Positions 21,901-24,427 of a stretch of DNA of 24,427 nucleotides are shown here, one piece after another (positions within the stretch are counted from its first letter, which is position 1; every line of letters starts with the position of its first letter). A program made the translations under genes and the position numbers. A model generated the notes under the pieces. That model saw nothing but the letters and a program-made list of their open reading frames with translations, was not told the DNA's origin and did no database searches. This stretch comes from Kofleriaceae bacterium (GTDB lineage: Bacteria > Myxococcota_A > Polyangia > Haliangiales > Haliangiaceae). The stretch is taken from assembly GCA_046597055.1 (NCBI GenBank), contig JBKJLC010000049.1, forward strand, positions 1-24,427, read 5' to 3'.

Positions 21901-22923
21901 TCATTCGCTTCCCACCCTCCCTTGCGCTCGGTCGTCTTGGTGCCATGGCCGGCTCGGATCGTCGGCGCGCGCGAGCGGCGCGCTGACCGTCGCGGCGCGC
22001 ACGGCCGGGTGATCGGTGACCAGTCGCAGCAGGGCGGTGTCGAGCCCGCGGCCGCGCCACGCCGCGGCCACCACCAGCTCGTGCAGCCACGCCCGGGGGC
22101 CACCATCGGCGAGCGCGCGGGCGCTGGCGATCAGCCGGCCGTTGGCATCGCGGGCGCCGACCCACACGCTCGCGCGCTGGTGGGCGCGGACCAGCCGGTC
22201 GCGCTCGCCGGCCTCGGCGCCGCCGCTCGCCACGATGAGCGCGGCGGCGTCCCCGGCCGCGGTGGTGGGGAGCCAGGCGTGCAAGATCGTTCCCGCGGGC
22301 CCGGCCAGGAAGGCCGGCGTCGCGGCCAGCGGGTTGGCGGCGCGCACCAGCTCGACCGCGCGCGGATCCTCGGGCAGGCCCCGTTTCCACAGCTGCTCGA
22401 GCAGCGTGACGACCTGCGCTGGCGTGCGGTTCTGCGCCAGCTTGGCCTTGCCGGTGACGTGGTCGAGGCGGATCCCGGCCACCAGCAGCCCGTTCACCGG
22501 GCCCCGGTAGCGGCGATCGTCAGCGGTGATCGGCGCGTATCCGCCCTCGGGCTGGAGCTTCTCCATCAGCGCTTGCAGCACGCGCGCCTTCACCGGTGGA
22601 TCCACGAGCTCCTCGACCACGCCGTGGACCTGCACGCTGCGGTAGTAGGTCGTGGCCGGACACGCCTTCACGGGATCGAAGAACGTGCTGGGCACGGTCG
22701 CGACCACCTCCTCGGCCTGGACCACCGCGACCCGGCCGACCAGCCCGGTCTTCTCGCCCTTGGGCGCGGCGTGGAACGCGATCCAGCCGGGCTCGATCAC
22801 GTGATGGAGCGTGCGCAGGATCGGCGCGCCGTCGGCGAGCGTGCTGGCCAGGTGGATCGTGGGCAGCGCGGTGAGCAGGGCCTCGGCCTCGCCTGGCGAC
22901 ATCATGAACTCGGTGCGGCGCAT
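21901..22923 (-). CDS. Pyridoxamine 5'-phosphate oxidase-like / PaiB-type FMN-binding domain fused to a GNAT acetyltransferase
   Basis: FHAAPKGEK, PATTYYRSVQVHG and VTGKAKLAQNR, then GNAT ASARALADG...LVVAAAWRGRGL. Confidence 0.8.
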   Translation of the reverse strand: MRRTEFMMSPGEAEALLTALPTIHLASTLADGAPILRTLHHVIEPGWIAFHAAPKGEKTGLVGRVAVVQAEEVVATVPSTFFDPVKACPATTYYRSVQVHGVVEELVDPPVKARVLQALMEKLQPEGGYAPITADDRRYRGPVNGLLVAGIRLDHVTGKAKLAQNRTPAQVVTLLEQLWKRGLPEDPRAVELVRAANPLAATPAFLAGPAGTILHAWLPTTAAGDAAALIVASGGAEAGERDRLVRAHQRASVWVGARDANGRLIASARALADGGPRAWLHELVVAAAWRGRGLDTALLRLVTDHPAVRAATVSAPLARADDPSRPWHQDDRAQGRVGSE

Positions 22924-22943
22924 GCCCGCAAGGTGCCGGCTTG

Positions 22944-22989
22944 CTGGTCCATCGAGAAGGGCCAGTTCTCACAGGTCAGCTAGACCAGT
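22944..22989. promoter_or_regulatory. Putative MocR-family operator (one inverted plus two direct motifs)
   Basis: CTGGTCC-N8-GGGCCAG inverted repeat, and GGCCAGT/GACCAGT direct repeats 23 bp apart, in the divergent spacer. Confidence 0.6.
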
Positions 22990-23006
22990 CGTGGTACACC
23001 CGTCCG

Positions 23007-24427
23007 ATGACCTGGCCGGTCGCGCTCGACCTCGGCGGCAGTGGCCCGCAGTTCCTGCGCATCGCGCGCGCGATCGCCGACGACGTCCGCCGCGGTCGGC
23101 TGGTCGCCGGCCAGCAGCTGCCGGGCAGCCGCACGCTGGCGACCCAGCTCGGCGTCCACCGCAATACTGTGCTCGCGGCGCTGGCCGAGCTCGAGGCCCA
23201 GGGCTGGCTGGTCACCGAGCCGGCGCGCGGGACCTTCGTCGCGGCGGCGTTGCCGGAGCCCGGCCCCGCCGGTCGGCGCACGCGGGCGCGGGCTGGCTTC
23301 GCGTTGCCGCCGCAGCGGGTGGCGGCCGAGCCGCCGCCACCGCCGATGGGCCGCGGTCACCTCTGGATGTCGAGCGGCGTCCCGGATCCGCGGCTGTTCC
23401 CGGTCGACGCGCTGGCGCGCGCGTGGCGCCGCGTGGTCCGGCGCGAGGGTCGGCGCCTGCTCACCTACGGTCCGCCCGAGGGCCACCCGGCGCTGCGCGA
23501 GGCGCTGGCCGCGATGCTGCGCGCGGTGCGCGGCATGAGCTGCACCGCCGACGAGGTGGTGGTGACCCGCGGCAGCCAGATGGGGATCGATCTGTGCGCG
23601 CGCGCCCTGCTGCGGCCCGGCGATCTTGTCGCGGTCGAGGCGATCGGCTACCGGCCGGCGTGGGACGCGTTGCGTCTGGCCGGGGCCGAGCTGGTGCCGG
23701 TGCCGGTCGACGCTGACGGGCTGGACCTCGCGCGCCTGGCCGCGATCGCCGCGCGTCGCAGGATCCGCGCGGTGTACCTGACCTCGCACCACCAGTATCC
23801 GACCACGGTCGTGCTGACGCCGGCCCGGCGGATGGCGCTGGCCGCGCTCGCGCGCCGTCATCACCTGCTGGTGCTCGAGGACGACTACGACCACGAGTTC
23901 CACTACGAAGGTCGGCCGGTGCCGCCGCTGGCCGCCGGCGACGACGGTCACGTCGTCTACCTCGGCACGCTGTCGAAGATCCTGGCCCCGGGCCTGCGGC
24001 TTGGCTTCGTGGTCGCGCCACTCGACGTCGTGCCGCGCCTGGCGGCGCTGCGGGTCGCGATGGATCGCCAGGGCGACCGACCGATGGAGGCGGCGGTCGC
24101 CGAGCTGATCGACGACGGCGAGCTCGAGCGGCACGTCCGCCGCATGCGCACGACCTACCGCGCACGCCGCGACGCGCTGGTCGACGCGCTGGCGCGCCGG
24201 CTACCGACCGCGCTCACCGTCGACGTCCCGCGCGGCGGCCTCGCGCTGTGGGCGCAGGTCGCGCCCGAGCTCGACGTCGCGCGCTGGGTGGCCGCCTGCG
24301 CGGCGCGCGGCATCCACATCAGCCCCGGCGCGCGCTACACGTTCGACGGCCGCGAGCCCGGGGCCCTGCGGCTGGTCTACGCGCCGCTGACCGCGGCCGA
24401 GCTCGACCGGGCGGTGACCGCGATGGC
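23007..24427 (+). CDS. MocR/GabR-family regulator (GntR wHTH + PLP-dependent aminotransferase-like domain), 3'-truncated by the window edge
   Basis: Manual translation shows LPGSRTLATQLGVHRNTV, TRGSQ, HQYPT, EDDYDHEFHY and GTLSKILAPGLRLGF. No stop before the window end. Confidence 0.93.
   Translation, partial: MTWPVALDLGGSGPQFLRIARAIADDVRRGRLVAGQQLPGSRTLATQLGVHRNTVLAALAELEAQGWLVTEPARGTFVAAALPEPGPAGRRTRARAGFALPPQRVAAEPPPPPMGRGHLWMSSGVPDPRLFPVDALARAWRRVVRREGRRLLTYGPPEGHPALREALAAMLRAVRGMSCTADEVVVTRGSQMGIDLCARALLRPGDLVAVEAIGYRPAWDALRLAGAELVPVPVDADGLDLARLAAIAARRRIRAVYLTSHHQYPTTVVLTPARRMALAALARRHHLLVLEDDYDHEFHYEGRPVPPLAAGDDGHVVYLGTLSKILAPGLRLGFVVAPLDVVPRLAALRVAMDRQGDRPMEAAVAELIDDGELERHVRRMRTTYRARRDALVDALARRLPTALTVDVPRGGLALWAQVAPELDVARWVAACAARGIHISPGARYTFDGREPGALRLVYAPLTAAELDRAVTAM

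Overview
A very GC-rich, gene-dense bacterial window. The Cys-rich lipoproteins, sigma-54 promoters, GAF-type enhancer-binding protein and DUF4157 protein suggest Myxococcota, but this is inference only. Housekeeping or recognisable genes: fumC, cydAB, a GAF/sigma-54 activator coupled to an MBL-fold hydrolase, a polysaccharide flippase, two tandem paralogous outer-membrane beta-barrel genes, cardiolipin synthase, greB, a DUF21-CBS protein, an SPFH-like protein, and a PNPOx/PaiB-GNAT fusion divergent from a MocR regulator. Two modules stand out. (1) At 327-3639, a co-oriented trio: a divergent nitrilase-fold hydrolase, an unusual winged-HTH multidomain protein and a divergent PyrE-like PRTase, with palindromic operator-like sites upstream. 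(2) At 10965-13585, a DUF4157 protein carrying a lysine-less lipoyl-like domain and LysM, coupled to a lipoprotein; this looks like an effector/immunity pair. Other observations: a multi-stem structured element at about 13620-13786, a lipoprotein-gene remnant in frame directly behind the fumC stop, three clear sigma-54 promoters, recurrent leaderless-type TANNNT boxes, a 19-unit hexamer repeat and a small gene that appears internally deleted. All product calls come from motif recognition by eye; no database search was run.
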